DNA of 64,000 bases from Epiperipatus broadwayi (lineage: Eukaryota > Animalia > Onychophora), in NCBI GenBank assembly GCA_028023455.1, contig JAQFVV010000002.1, positions 24,676,001 to 24,740,000 on the forward strand. The letters run 5' to 3'. Shown piece by piece: positions 12,495-26,396 of this stretch. The notes beneath the pieces were generated by a model. It saw only the letters and a program-made list of their open reading frames with translations. It had not been told where the DNA came from and searched no databases. Numbering within the stretch: position 1 is the first letter of the stretch; each line of letters begins with the position of its first letter. A program made the translations under genes and the position numbers.

Positions 12495-14216
12495 ACAATA
12501 GAAATTTATGCGTCGCTTTTTCTTTCTTTAATTAAAAAATGAAGATTTTCAACAAAACATATAGTATACAGTATATGCAGTAATCCCAATGAAAAGGTGT
12601 GCTTTTAACTCCAAGCTGCCTTCAGCTCCATCTTTGAATCAATACACGTTTTACATAATGATATAGTTTAGCTAATCACTAACAAATATTTTTTAAGTGC
12701 TAGCATATTTGAATCACAAATCACAACATCAAATGTGATAGTGTGTTTTGTACCTTACCCCAAAATGGAACAATATGCTAACATTACATTTCATTTTAAA
12801 ATGGACAAACTTTTACAGAAACATATGAAATAATTTAAACTATATATGGCAATTATGAATTACAAGAAATTTTCAAGTGTTTTGCAAGATTTTGTAATAG
12901 TAGGAAGACCAATGAAGATAATTTATAAAGATATGAAACACCATTACATTTCATGTCATAATTTGTGATCTAGACATGGTAGCATCATAAAACTTTTGTA
13001 GAAAATAGATCAAATATGTCATTACACAACATGTGAGCAGATTCAGAGATGGTTTTGCAGGCAGTCTGAAGAAAAACCTAATCATCTTTTCATTGGGATA
13101 TACTGTTTAGATACTTAAACCATTTAATTCAAGTCAAAGATCCAGAAGAACTTACTATGCTATTTATTTGGCAAGAGTTTTTGCATTTTTCTTACTTTCC
13201 TTTGCAATCTATGTAATTATGGACATATACGAACCAAAACATAGATAGCTAGTTGTTGTTCCAGCTATTTGAAAAAAAAATCCAAAACTTCTTTGAAGTT
13301 TCATCCATATAGTGAACCTATCATCATTTCATCTTGAAATCCTCCATGAATCTGTTAAGCAATGATATTTTCAAAGATGACAACATTACAAAAAATGATT
13401 AAATTAATCATCTGGGCAGGGTGATGTAAATATCATTTCTTATAAGCAGTGAGATTATATCCATCAGTAAAATCTTACCTTGATTGTTTTTCCTATGAAC
13501 AATGAACATATAATATAGTCAAGCCTCTGTCATATCATATTAGAATAAAGATAAAGGACATGGTGCTCATTCTTTGATTCAGTCTGCAGATGAAATTAAA
13601 AACTCATTTTCTGCCATTTTTTTTAAATGTAAATTTTAGACTTTGCTGTTTCCATTTCTAATGTTCAAGGTTATTTAAACACAGTGAATATACTCCTCAC
13701 ACCGAATATAGTTTACTTCTTTCTAAAAGCTAATAACTACTGAATAACTTTCATACACATGTGTGACACATCCTCTAGCCAAAGGCAAGTAGAGGAACTA
13801 GATTAACCAGGTAATAACATTTTATTATCAGCAGCATCGATCTGCCATTATTTTACAACACTGTTAACACAATTTATTGTAGCATTGCAATTTTGTTATC
13901 ATAAACTTTAATGAAATTTTACAACAGTAAAATGCAATTTTAATTGCATACATTTTTATTTTAATTTCTTCTAGAATTTCTTAAATATTATTACTCTTTT
14001 GAAGTGATGGGTCATTAATAAAGTTGTATTAATAATTTTTATTAGTCATTCATTAGACTATAGATTATCCAATAATGAATAATTATTTCTGTAGTGTAAT
14101 TTTCACTACACCACATTCATGCGAAATAGGGACTAGTTTCTATCCATTTTTAACACCTTATGGAGGGATGGAATTATAAACATATGACCAATGACACATG
14201 AAAAAGATGTATAATC

Positions 14217-14260
14217 TTCAAGATACACATTTCATGCTGAATCAGCACTCATCAGTTGGT
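14217..14260 (-). ncRNA. Minimal type-I hammerhead ribozyme (family H)
   Basis: Minus strand: ACCAA CTGATGA GTGCTG-ATT-CAGCAT GAAA TGTGTAT C TTGAA; core intact, 6-bp stem II, AUC site. Confidence 0.75.
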
Positions 14261-14400
14261 CCACCCCACAATCTCTTATACATATCTATATCATTATTCC
14301 ATATATACAGATAGAAAATGACACATCAAATAAACTGTAACCATTTGCTATCTCTATATATTGAACAATGATAAAAATGTGTAAGAGATTGTGATCTAAG

Positions 14401-14442
14401 CCAACTGATGAGTGCTGGTTTAGCAAAAAATGTGCATCTTGG
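14401..14442 (+). ncRNA. Decayed hammerhead ribozyme (family H)
   Basis: CCAA CTGATGA GTGCTG-GTT-TAGCA A AAAA TGTGCAT C TTGG; CG of CGAAA lost. Confidence 0.65.
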
Positions 14443-14895
14443 GGATCATACATTTTTTCCACATCTTTGGTCATATGTTTATAATTATATCCATTCATAA
14501 TGTGTTAAAAGTGGACAGACACCAGTTCCTATTTTGCGTAAGTCGTGCAGCGAAAATTACAGTACAGAAATAATTATTCATTATTATAAGCAATTGTTTT
14601 TATTTGCTTTAACTGATTGCAAATCACTAAAATAAATTTGCATATCATTGACTTTTGTTTTTTTTAATTGCTATCATCTGATTCCTTAATAAATTTTTCA
14701 ATATTTCAGCTTTTAAAAATCTGTCTTTTCTTCAGTTTTAGAATGGTACTCACTGCATTATTCCATTTATATATGGCATCAAGACCATGTTTGTTTACAA
14801 CAGTTTTCTTTTTTTTTTCATTAAAACATTATGCATCTATAGTTGCTTTAAGGTGGGCCATTAAAATTTTAATAATAAAAAAAAACATTGGTACA

Positions 14896-16335
14896 TACGT
14901 AGTAGTATGCCTGCCGGAAGTTTGCCAGCCATTCTATTTTAAGTAATCCATTTTCAGGGACTTCCACCACATGGTATAATCATTATGCTTGAGTATTGTA
15001 GTCAATATTTACTTTTTAGGTTATTTATTAAAATGATAAATTAAAAAACATAAAATTCCAAAAAGTTATAATTGATTTTTTTTAAAATATAAATTCACTA
15101 TACCAGCTGTAAATTAATCTCAGTACGCTCCAAACAATACTTTGGAGCCTTCTAAACACTTTCCTTTCCAAATATACGATTGTGTGTCTCTGTTCACACA
15201 TAAAGTGTCATATCATGCCAATTACTTTTCAGATGGGCATTATCCTGTAATTTTGAAAATATTCCATTGCATCTTATTCTGCCCATGAAAGATTCCAATT
15301 TTTAATCATATTTCCAAAAATGATATGGCAAAAAAGGAATGTTAATAAAATCACTATGTGTGTAACGAATGTTACAAAAAAAAAAAGATCATTTTAACCA
15401 CATTATCTGTTTGCCTCATGTTAAATGTTCATCATGTGTTAAAATTTGGACTTTATGTTATAAATAGAATTTATTAAAAACATATTTGAATTATTTTTAA
15501 ATTAACATTCAATTATACATTTGTTAATAGTTTTTAAAGTTAACAAGCTATACATATTCGAGAAAATAATTTCAGAAATAAAGAATGTAAACAAATACTT
15601 CAACTCTGAAAATTGTTTATATTTTTTTCCTCGAAATTATTTTCTCAAATATGTATAGCTTGTTAACTTTAAAAAAACAAAAACAAATGTTTTCTAAATT
15701 AAATGGTAATTTTAAAAAATTTGAATACATTTTTTAATAAATTCCATTCACATTTTAATAAATTCCATTCACAAAATAACATCCAAATGTTAACACATTA
15801 CGAACATGTAACATAAGGCCAACAGATAACATATGGTTAAAATTATGGTTATTTTTTTTAACATTTGTTAACATGTGGTGATTTTTTTAATATTCCAATT
15901 TTCCCTTATCATTTTTAGAAATATGATTAAAATTTGGAATCTTTCATCAACAGATCAAGATACTGAGGAATCTTTTCAAAATTATAGAATAGTGCCAGAC
16001 TGTAGAGTGTGTGCTAATGGGCATGATGTGGCATTTATGTGTGAATAAAGATGCAATGGTGTGTTTGGAAAGGAATGTGGTTTGAAGATTCCAAAATATC
16101 ATTTGTGAGTGCACTGAGATTAGTTTACAGCCAGGGTAGTGAATTTATAACAAAAAAATTTTTAATTACAACCTTTGGACTTCAGTTTTTCTTTTATTTA
16201 TTATTTTAATAAATAAACAAAAAAGTAATTACTGAATACGATACTCAGTCAAATTGTTTATACCATGAGTTGGAAATTCCTGAAAATGGATTATTTAAAA
16301 TAAAGCTGGCAAGCTCCTGGCATGCATACTACGTA
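14896..16335. repeat. 1.44-kb fold-back (arms ~700 bp, 18-nt loop)
   Basis: 14896-15594 is complementary to 15613-16335 along its length (about 75-80% by eye); 21-bp tandem duplication in the right arm; no hammerhead or ORF recognised. Confidence 0.85.
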
Positions 16336-19300
16336 ATGAAGCAGTCGATGTCTAATCATCATCGAACTTCATTCTTCACCATCTATACTAACGTTCTGCA
16401 GGGCCCGCAATTCAGATGTTGCCGTAGATATATTGCCATTCACCCACGCACTGTATGCATAAAGATCCAAAAAATTAATAAAATTAAAAATATTTAGAAA
16501 AGTAAAACAGTAGTGTGCCTGATGCATATATATATATGAACGAAGCAATAATTTTATTAATATTTATTGCTGAAAATTAGACATTTTCTTATATAATTGT
16601 AAATATTTTTTTTTATATATGCGTATTTTAATTAAAGTATTGGAATATAAAAACAAAGATAAATGGGGCAGGCTAGAAATATTGAAGTGATCTTTATCTG
16701 TAGTTAGATTAAAAATCTTAGTTAAAAATTAGAATTGTAAGGAATTCTTTTGTTAGTTCGTTTGAAAATCTTTAAAAATATCTAAAATAGTATTTTAAGC
16801 CTTATCTGTTTTAAAAATTTTTGCTAATTAAATTTTTTTTTTAATCAAGAAATTACAGGGATAGCTGTGGGCAATTGAATTTGCATTCTTGGGGGAATTA
16901 AAAAGTGTATAAAAAGGGCCGATAGAACAAAAGAAGTCAGTTACTTGGTTAGTAATTAAATTTAGTTACTTTGAGTTAGTTAAAAAATTCTTTCAGAACG
17001 TTTTGAGTAAAATAAATTTTCAGAAGTGTTTCCAGACCTTAACATTTTAAGAAGTCAACACAAGTTTGGTGCTAAGAACTTTGAGTAGAAAAAAAGCACT
17101 TTTCTCCGGGCCTCTCAGAAGATTTGTCTACCTGATGCCACCATGTTACATCCATCTCACCGGCCGTAGAAGATGACCCATCTAATTGCTGATCCTGACT
17201 GACTGACTGCTATGCTGAGATAAACTCACTTAATGTAGAGCTGCCTTAATATGTAAATTCCTTTTGTAATTTCTAATAAGATGTAGTTAAATCTTTGTAT
17301 TTTAATTCGCACATTAATTTATAAGTTCCTGCTAATTTTGCTCTTAAACTCACTCTCTGTAATTCCTTAGTAATATTATGTAATTCTAACTATGCTCTAT
17401 CATGCTTAATTAGGTTATATAGCTTTGTGGGACTCTGGTTGCAAATTTTTGTAGTTTATTTCCACTTTTATTTTCTAGATGAATATTGAATCGAAGCTCC
17501 TCAAGTCAAAGCAATGTCATTGTCGGATTTATTCTGTAGCCAAGAGAGCAGTTCTATTTGTGACTTTGAATTTATGTTTTTCTTTTTCTTTCTCTTCTGC
17601 TAATTTTCTTATTTGATACCCAGAAAGACACTTTCTTGGCATGGACATATGGGCTCTAATAATATTTAAACTGCTAATCCCACTGAATTAACAAAAAAAG
17701 TAAAATACTTACTTTTCAATATTACACAATACTAGCCTAAAATGTATTATAAAGGTATGTAATTGGATTCAAATAGACTTTTAATTTGGTCTCAGTAGAT
17801 TCAAACCAATGAAGTAACAGTGATATCTAAAATATCAATATCTACTAATTCCTATAAATATCAAATTAACCTAAAACGATTACTTACATTATTCTATGCC
17901 ACTGGGCTTTGCAATTCTTGTGATAATAGTTATGCCCCATAAGCCACACATTATTTCTCTTATAATTCCTTAATCACTGCATGCATGCCAAAATCGATAA
18001 TGCTGTCAAGTCGAATTCTATGAACATTTTTTTTTTCACGCCTGTAACAAGACATCTGCTGCCAATATGCAGAATAAATTCACAAACGATTAATTGGAGT
18101 TGTAATTGTAAACATATGAGTATTAAGTTTTGTTATTGCTTATCGAATCCTACTTGAAATATTACGCACCTCACATTATATGTTATGTATTATCAATATG
18201 TAGGAGGAAAATATCAAAACTCAGACAAAATATTAAATAGGTTGAAGCTACTTTGTTAAGGTATATCAGTTGTTTTATGTTATTTTTAAGCCTTTTGCAT
18301 TTTTTTTTAAATTTTTATTATTTTTTTATCTCTTTCTGGGACCCATATAAGCAAGGGACTCGTCTCCTATAGCAGATCCTATACATGATCTGTTATGTAT
18401 GTGATGGTGTTTGGAACAAAATATAGCAGATATCACAAGACTATTGGATATAGGTAAAATAGTCTAAAGTAGTCTAAAAGTAATAAAACAATCTTTCCAA
18501 TTTCTTTCCACGGGTATAATAATAACAATATTTGCTAACTAATCAATTCACATGTGATCAGGGTTTTTATGTTGATCCTATCTATAAAAAAAAAAAAACT
18601 CTCGCTTGGAAATCATTAAGTACATGGAAAAAAATGTCCCAGCTTTTCCCAATTTGATTCCTGAAATATGATCAAAGCAGATAGATATGCTAATAATTAT
18701 ATTATGAAGTTTTTAACTTTCTAAATTTTCTAATACAATTGTTATATTAGTGTAACTACTATGAAATAATATTATTTTATAGTTAAAATTATTGGCATAA
18801 TAAAGTATGGAATTAATATAGCAAATAAATTATATAGTAATAATGTAGAGTTATTCTGGTGGGGAAAATATTTAACCATATGATTACAGAACTGAACAAA
18901 TAAATAAATTTAAATTAAGTTATAATATATTGTACTGCTACTGAATAGTGCTACATGTTTTGTAATTTTTTTAAGAAAAATTATGGTTAGTTTAAGATTT
19001 TTAAAACGAAATTTTAAGAAATAAAAATACTGCATAATCATTTATTAGTAAATGATCAGATTAAATTTCAAAAAAAAAATAAGTAAAGTTTTAATAAATG
19101 AAATATTAGTACTAAAATGTTTAAAGAATTTTTTTTAATAGATGCAAATTGCCAAAAGGCAAAGCTTTGCTTCATCTTGTCATTTAAATATATATATATA
19201 TATAAGAGTTTTAACAGTTAAAGAGTGAATAGGAAGGGGGGGTGAATAACTAAGTAAAAAGTTAAAACTAGACTTCTCTTCATAAACTTAAAGAAAAAAA

Positions 19301-21123
19301 TGTGTGTGTGTAAAATAAAAATTGAGTTAAAATATGAAAGGAAAGCATATAAACTTAAATCCACTTAAAGATTGCTTGGCTGATAAACAGAAAAAAAGGA
19401 ATAATAACTATAAATTGCATTAAATGAAAATAATAAAAAATGATTCAAGATGGTATCTTATCCAAAAGCTAGATTTAATCTATAAAAAATGCAGATTAAA
19501 ACACAATGGGAATGTAATTAATAAAATTTGTAAATGAATTAAACCAGATCAGAGTGGTAACTAGAGAAACAATAAAGAGAAGTTGTATCAAGGACTGAAA
19601 AATCTATTCATGACAGTTTTTAGTTCAGTTTTCTTAATATTTGTAGTTCCAGGATCATTCTGCTTCATTCATAGTAATCATTAAGATTAAGATTATACTC
19701 ATATTACTACCGTGGAAGAGTTTCCACAGAAGAGAAGATGGAGAAGCTATTAGCATCCCCAGAATGCAATTAGATGTCTTCACATTTTCTAAAGAACATC
19801 TAACATCATGCAGTGCTAGACAATCACCAAAATACGTGGCCCATCTTCAGTCTCAGTCCTCCAGAACATCAGAAGCCCTCCATCTAGAATTCATGCCTAC
19901 TTAAAAATCTAAAGAGTCAAGGAATATCTATCTCAGAGAACCTAGAAAGTTAGCCAAGAGTCAAAACCATTAGTGGAGTCCAAAAATCCAATCAGTTGGT
20001 GATCAATATGACAGAAGGAAATGAGGAGTTGTATCTTTAGAAGCATAAAGTGCAAAATCCAAGGTAACTATGAACTTCTTTACTCCCATTCATAAACTGA
20101 TCATGTTCAAATAAAAGACTGTTGAACGTTGATAGCCGTAGCAATCTTTAAGGGTCTCCTATAAATCATTATATAGAATAAACCCTAGTATGTGCATTTT
20201 AATTTTCTCATAATGTATTTATATTTGCAAAGCTTTTCATTGAGTAATGAATTTATATTTCAATATATGTGTGCCTAATTAGATTTAAATATTTTCAGCA
20301 TAGTATTATTTATTCTCATATATCTTAACTAGGAGTGTGTTTAAAAAAATTTATAATGTTCTTTTATTTAATATTTTATTAGTTGTTTTTTTTTTTATTA
20401 GAAGTGTTTTAAATAATTCGTTTCTTTGTTAAGTAATGTTTGGTCAAATCTCTTTGATAATTATGCCACTAATAGAGAGTCTATCGTTAAATATAAGCAT
20501 TAAGCAATACGTATAGTTTGTCTCCCTTATATTTAAATAAAAGAGCTAGCTAGGGATTAATCAAGCACTAAATTATATACCTGTCATTTAAGCATGCTAA
20601 TTATAATTTATAATTAGCCGATGTCTGAGAATTTACCTCAAAACAAATAAAATGCTTTAGATAGCAAGGGTTCAAATTTAACAGCCAAGAAGTTCTATAG
20701 CCTGGAAATGTGATTGCCGGTTATACTTTGTATAGCCTGTCTGGTTATAGGTGCCATTGGTCTTTTCCACCTTCTGTATTTGACATCTCTGATTGAAGGG
20801 CCGGTTTGCTGCATTAGTGTAAGTGCAGCCTGAACAGATCGAGATTTAATTGTAAATTTATATAATCAGAGCGATCCTTACCCACTCGGTTCAATATATA
20901 TATATATGAAAAAATGAGTATTGGATCAAAATTTTAATAGGCAGAAGTATATGCTTCACTTTACAAAAAGACAAATATAAATTAATACACTGTACAGGTT
21001 TACACCTGCACATACAGATATATATGTAATATATAAGGGATTCGAACTCAGACTCACACAACTCTCAACTCTCCAAGCCATCATATTGCTGACTCACCTG
21101 ATCACACACCAAGATAAATGATC

Positions 21124-21167
21124 ACCAATATGCGTATTTCATGCTAAACTGGCACTCGTCAGTTGAT
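21124..21167 (-). ncRNA. Minimal type-I hammerhead ribozyme (family H)
   Basis: Minus strand: ATCAA CTGACGA GTGC-CAGTTTA-GCAT GAAA TACGCAT A TTGGT; core intact, G-U closing stem II. Confidence 0.75.
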
Positions 21168-21547
21168 CCAGATTACCATCTCCACACATATATACAATCA
21201 GTGCTCAGCTTTATATTAAGATAGCAAATCTTTATACTTTAATGGACAGGCTTCAAACTACTCCAACTCAAAACTCTTTAGCTTTCCATTTCATTGAAAA
21301 TCTGATGATGGAATCTTCAAAACCTCGTTAGTCGCATATGTATGTAAAATGGATTCTTCTCCTGTACATTAGGGGTCAGAATGTCTAACGTCAACATGGG
21401 TAGGATGACAACCTTGGCACTAACGAATGGAAGGCTGAAGAGTTGTGAGTTGGAGTAGTTTGAGGCCTGTCCATTAAAGTATAAAGATTTGCTATCTTAA
21501 TACAAAGCTGAGCACGATTGTATATATGTGTGGAGATGGTAATCTGG

Positions 21548-21591
21548 ACCAACTGACGAGTGCTGGTTTAGCACAAAATACGGATATTGGT
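21548..21591 (+). ncRNA. Hammerhead ribozyme (family H), G12-to-A decayed
   Basis: ACCAA CTGACGA GTGCTG-GTT-TAGCAC AAAA TACGGAT A TTGGT; perfect 5-bp stem I. Confidence 0.7.
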
Positions 21592-24500
21592 GATTATTTA
21601 TCTTTTCAACATGTGTGTGATCAGGTAGGTCAGCAATATGAAAAGTTGAGGGTTGTGTGAAAGTCTGAGTTCGAATCCCTTATATATTAAAAATACAAAT
21701 AATAATATATAGTTAGCCATATGTAGAAACGAACGATATAATAAATAAATATTAAAACTACCAATAAAAATAAGTTTGAAAAGCAGATTTTAAAACAAAA
21801 AAAAATGAAAAAATACACTTGCCTATTTTTAATTATACTGAGTAAATTAATTAGTTCCTAAATAATAATTAGCACCTAATAAATTAAAAAACGTTATTTA
21901 ATCAAAACATAATTAAAAAAATACAAAATAAACAAAATCAAGTTCTTACATTCAAATGGCACACACACACACACCCCACGCTCAATAAACAGGGGCACCA
22001 ATTACTTAATTAAAAATAATAATTTACCGAAACCAATTAAAACCAATCAGTAGTTATTAAACCATCAGTCAAAATTCCATTTAATTAAATTTTAGAATAA
22101 TTATGGTCCATCAATGATTAATAAATTGATCATAAAAAAGATGTATTTCTTTTTAAAAAAAAAAACTAAAATTTTAATGCATTACAAAATAAAACACAAC
22201 ATAAATTTGATTCTTCTAACAAAAAAAATATCATCATTTGATAGGGTTTTTTTTTTTCAAAACACCATGAAGACAAATTATTTATTTGTCATTTACTATT
22301 CAATATTATAGCATTTCTTCAGTCTGCATTTCTTAAGCATTATTATTCACTATTATCATTGGTCCTGAGGACTCTTCTGTCATTTGAATCTACTCAGTTT
22401 CTATTTCCTGAGAATGGATTTTTTGTTTACATTTACCTTTTCATGATTTTTCATCCTAATCATCTCTATATGTAGCTTTCCTTATGTACCTTGGATGGAA
22501 CCTTTGTTTAATTTAGTAGATTATTTATGTCCTACTTATTCTAATTTCATTGTGGCGACCAAAATGCAAGTTTTATTTCGGTTAATTACTGCCCATTCTT
22601 ATCCAATCATCATCTCTTCAATTTCAAGTTCTGTGTGTGAACAATCCTCATATTTAGATCATTTTTTAAATAAAACTCTCAAGAATGTGATCTTGACTGA
22701 ACGAGTTTTGAGTCAACATTTATATCTGCAAATTGATAACCCATATATAAAGATAAATCAATCCTAGTGATTTAGTGTAGCAGGAAGTGACACCTGGTAG
22801 TGTACAGGGGCAATAAACAGCAAATATAAATAAATAAAATCTGATGATACTCAGTATCATGCCTTGTATTGGACATTAAATGGAACAGGATACTATCCCA
22901 GATGTTAACTTAGAGAAAAGTATATTATGTTAATTAACTTTCAAGTAATAGGTGATAATCAAACAAATTACTTTGCAATATCTTAGAATTATTCCTTTAC
23001 AGTACTGGTTACATTTCTAGATATATGATATAATCCCAGAAGATTTGTAAAAGTTTTAATCTATTTAGACAAAGGTCTAATTTATATAAGAGAGCTTTTT
23101 GTGTATAGTGATAAGGTGATGGTACTAGATGTCACCTTCTGATGAAAACATCCTACAGATATAGTCTTAAACTTTCTGCATTCTTATTAATTTTCTCCTA
23201 TTACTGCTTGTGATCCTTACTATTGTTTCTAGTTTCTAGCTAGCATAAAGAATAGAGTTAGAGAATGATTACTGCACACACTAACTACTCAACTAAATAA
23301 TCATGAATGAAAAACAGATATACATATAGGAATCTTCCTCTAGTTACACACCAATTCCATTTTAACTTTACATTACCATTGACCAATAATCATTAAATTA
23401 AAATTTGGCAATAAATGGTATACTTTGGATTCATCCAGCTTGCAATTAAAATGATAACATGTGAAACAATATTAGGGCAAAGACAAAAACCAATTAAAAT
23501 CACTTCTTTGTGTATTAAATTTCAGTCTATTCCCGAAGAAGCAAGAATGCACTCTACAACAACTCAAAATAAAGAGGAGAAAGTCTACATTATATCTACA
23601 AAAAAGAAATTCCTTATAAATTTACAAATTATTTATATTTCCAACCTAGGCCTTTTCAAATTAAAATAATTAAAGATTACCGAGTTTTTATTTATTTATT
23701 TTTTACTGCATGGACTATGCATATATTATTATTACATGCCTTATTTTTTTGCATACATTACAAATTGAAGATTCCCAAACACTTTTTTCAGATTGATTTA
23801 TTTTCTTGGACTAGAAAGTCCAATATTAATATACAATAGAATTCTCTCTCCTAATACAGTTCTCTCTAAATCCATGAATGACTTATCCATCAATTCTATT
23901 GTAATTCAGTTTTACAAATATTCTTGTATCCTTTGTCATTGATTGAAATATAGACTCCTGACATTAAAGTATCTTAACTATGGATATGATTAATCTGTCT
24001 TTTAGTCCAAAAGATAACAGGACATAATTTAAGATTCCATATTAAATACAGCAAATCATTCATTTCTTAAGCATTATATGACTAGAAAGTAATGTGCTTA
24101 TTTATATCTTGTAGTCCTTGGCTAGTCATCTTGAGAAAGCTATAAACATTGTTGTCATCAGTGAAATGCTTATGTATTGAAAAGTATTCTCCTAGTTTGT
24201 TAACTTGGGTCTTTATTAGTGCAAATTGAAAGGCAAGGGTGTTTCCTATTAAAACACCAGTCAATGAACTTTGTTAATATACTTTACTTGACAAATTTCA
24301 TTCTCTGCAGCAAATACTAAAACTGAATTTTCTCTAATGTTTAAATTCTAATATTTGAAATCTATAAAAATGTAAACAGAAAATGCTACTTATTTATTGA
24401 TTTGCCTATCTGCACAAGATATTTTTCAAAAACATATCTTGTTTCCAAATTCTTAATTACTTATAGCCTCCACATACAACAGATTGTTTACTAAATTGAT

Positions 24501-26023
24501 AGCTTTTAAAAAAATTTAATTTTTATAAACTAAAAATCAATCATTTAAAGCATTAGTTTTATATTATGGCTTGACAAAACTGAAATTTTCTCAGAAAATT
24601 CAAGAAATAAAGTATGGTTTTTCATTATCTTCTGAAAGCCTTTAACTCTTTAAACCAAAAAAAATAGCATTACTAAAAAGCATAATTTCTGATTACCAAA
24701 CAATATATTATTGTAGAAGGTTGCTTAAATAGTTGAGACATTCAAGCACAAAATCTAAGACTGAGCATGGTAATCTAATTGAAAGATTCACTACCCCCCC
24801 CCTTCCCTCTCTCCATTCCTTTCTCTCTTTTATTTTTATTTTCCTCAGACGAAATTCAATTCAATTGTTTATCATTTTGACTACTGGACTAAAGTATAGA
24901 GGAAAGAAGCAAGTTTAATAATCACATTACCTGGTAAATGGACTTAATAAGCTTTGAAATAATTACACTTTTAACAACTTGAATAAATAAATAGACATAT
25001 GAAAAGAAAACTTAAATAAGGCGAAATTTATTTTAAAATGAAAATAAAAGAAAGAGAATAAAATTACAAAAATTAATTTATAATGCTGGCGTTAAAATAA
25101 ATAGTAGTTCAAAAATAATAATAATAATTAAGATCGTGAAAATCCAGAACTATTTGTAAAAAAAAAAAATTAGCAAATTCAAACTTATGGTCGTAATACT
25201 GCAAAATTTGCAGAAATCTAGGATATATAAATTTTTGGCCAGTTTTCAAATAATAAAAGTTATTTTCTATCACACGTGTTACCAATCTAAATTACGAGCA
25301 AGCTATTACACAATAAAGTTTATTTATAATAAAAATTAATGTTAATATAATAAAAAAAAGAAGTCAAAATATGATCACTTTTTCCATAAAAATTTAATAA
25401 AATTTAAGACGTGCTTTAAAAATTGACAAAATTTCAAAAAATAATGCACTTTTCAAACATTAAATAAAATTTAAAAGGAGAAAATACAATAGAGGGGAGG
25501 GAAAAAAACATTGTAATAAAAATACAAAATGATCTTCAAAAGGTCAATCTTTAAAAAGCATAAAAATAGAATCAAAATAAAAATGATAATCCGCTTTGTA
25601 TCAAATGAGATCATAATAACTCTTTCTTGTAAAAAGAGAAGCAAAGCAAAAAGAGATGAGTTGACTAATTAAAATACAACTGGCATTTATTAAACTAATG
25701 ATAGTAAAATTTTATTTCAAAACATCTTTTAATATATTTCTATTATTACTTTCATCTTTTTAAGTAGAATGAGATATTAAATTAAATCTCAAGTGTTACA
25801 AAAGAATTTAGTATAAAAACATTTGAATTAATTTTTTTTTTCTTTTTGTAACATATACGCCACCTCTATATATCCTATATGTGTGTGTAGCAGGAATTTT
25901 ATTCAAAACACTAGAATCAAATATAACCAAAAAATCATTGTTGTGAGTGTGTGAATATTTAAAATAAGACTATGATATGTTATTGGAGGAAAAAAGGCCC
26001 ATCCATTACTTGAATGTGCATGT

Positions 26024-26396
26024 TACTCTATTCATAGTTTGAACATACGTATCCAAAAATAGCTACGTGGGCCTTGTGGAGTAACTCCACAATCCAGATT
26101 GAAAATCAGAAAGGAAAAATGTTCAGTATTCAATCAAGCTTAGAACCAATCTAGATAATAGACTAATATGGGGCTGCAAACAGATACCAGCTATTCTTAA
26201 CTAGAATGTCTACTGTATTCATAGTTTGAACATATGTACCCAAAAATAACTATATGGGCCTTGTGGAGTAACTCCACAATCCAGATTGAAAATCAGAAAA
26301 GAAAAATGTTCAGTATTCAATCAAGCTTAGAAACAATCTAGATAACAGACTAATATAGGGCTGCAAACAGATACTGGCTATTCTTAACTAGAATGT
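26024..26396. repeat. 187-bp tandem duplication
   Basis: 26024-26210 and 26211-26396, ~90% identical; each holds the hairpin TTGTGGAG-TAA-CTCCACAA. Confidence 0.9.

Larger units (their letters stand above)
14071..14585. repeat. Fold-back element, family H, with a hammerhead in each arm
   Basis: Arms ~14071-14320 and 14342-14585, roughly 80% complementary by eye; 21-nt loop. Confidence 0.85.
20981..21689 (-). mobile_element. Fold-back element, family H, with 46-nt tail and 15-bp TSD
   Basis: Arms 21027-~21290 and ~21425-21689 (~90%); unpaired 20981-21026; aaaagacaaatataa (20966-20980) / aaaatacaaatataa (21690-21704). Confidence 0.85.

Noticed and set aside
16270-16320. CCTGAAAATGGATTATTT... 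as a hammerhead in the 1.44-kb fold-back
   Set aside because: No GAAA in register, no palindrome and no stem I in either arm.
16620-20300. LTR-like composition at ~16620-17470 and ~19240-20300 (TATA-like box, purine tract)
   Set aside because: No second copy, no defined TG..CA ends with TSD, no internal domains.
21293-21335. CTGATGA TG...C AAAAC in the spacer of the 21-kb fold-back
   Set aside because: Weak stem II, no stem I pairing, no palindromic stem III.
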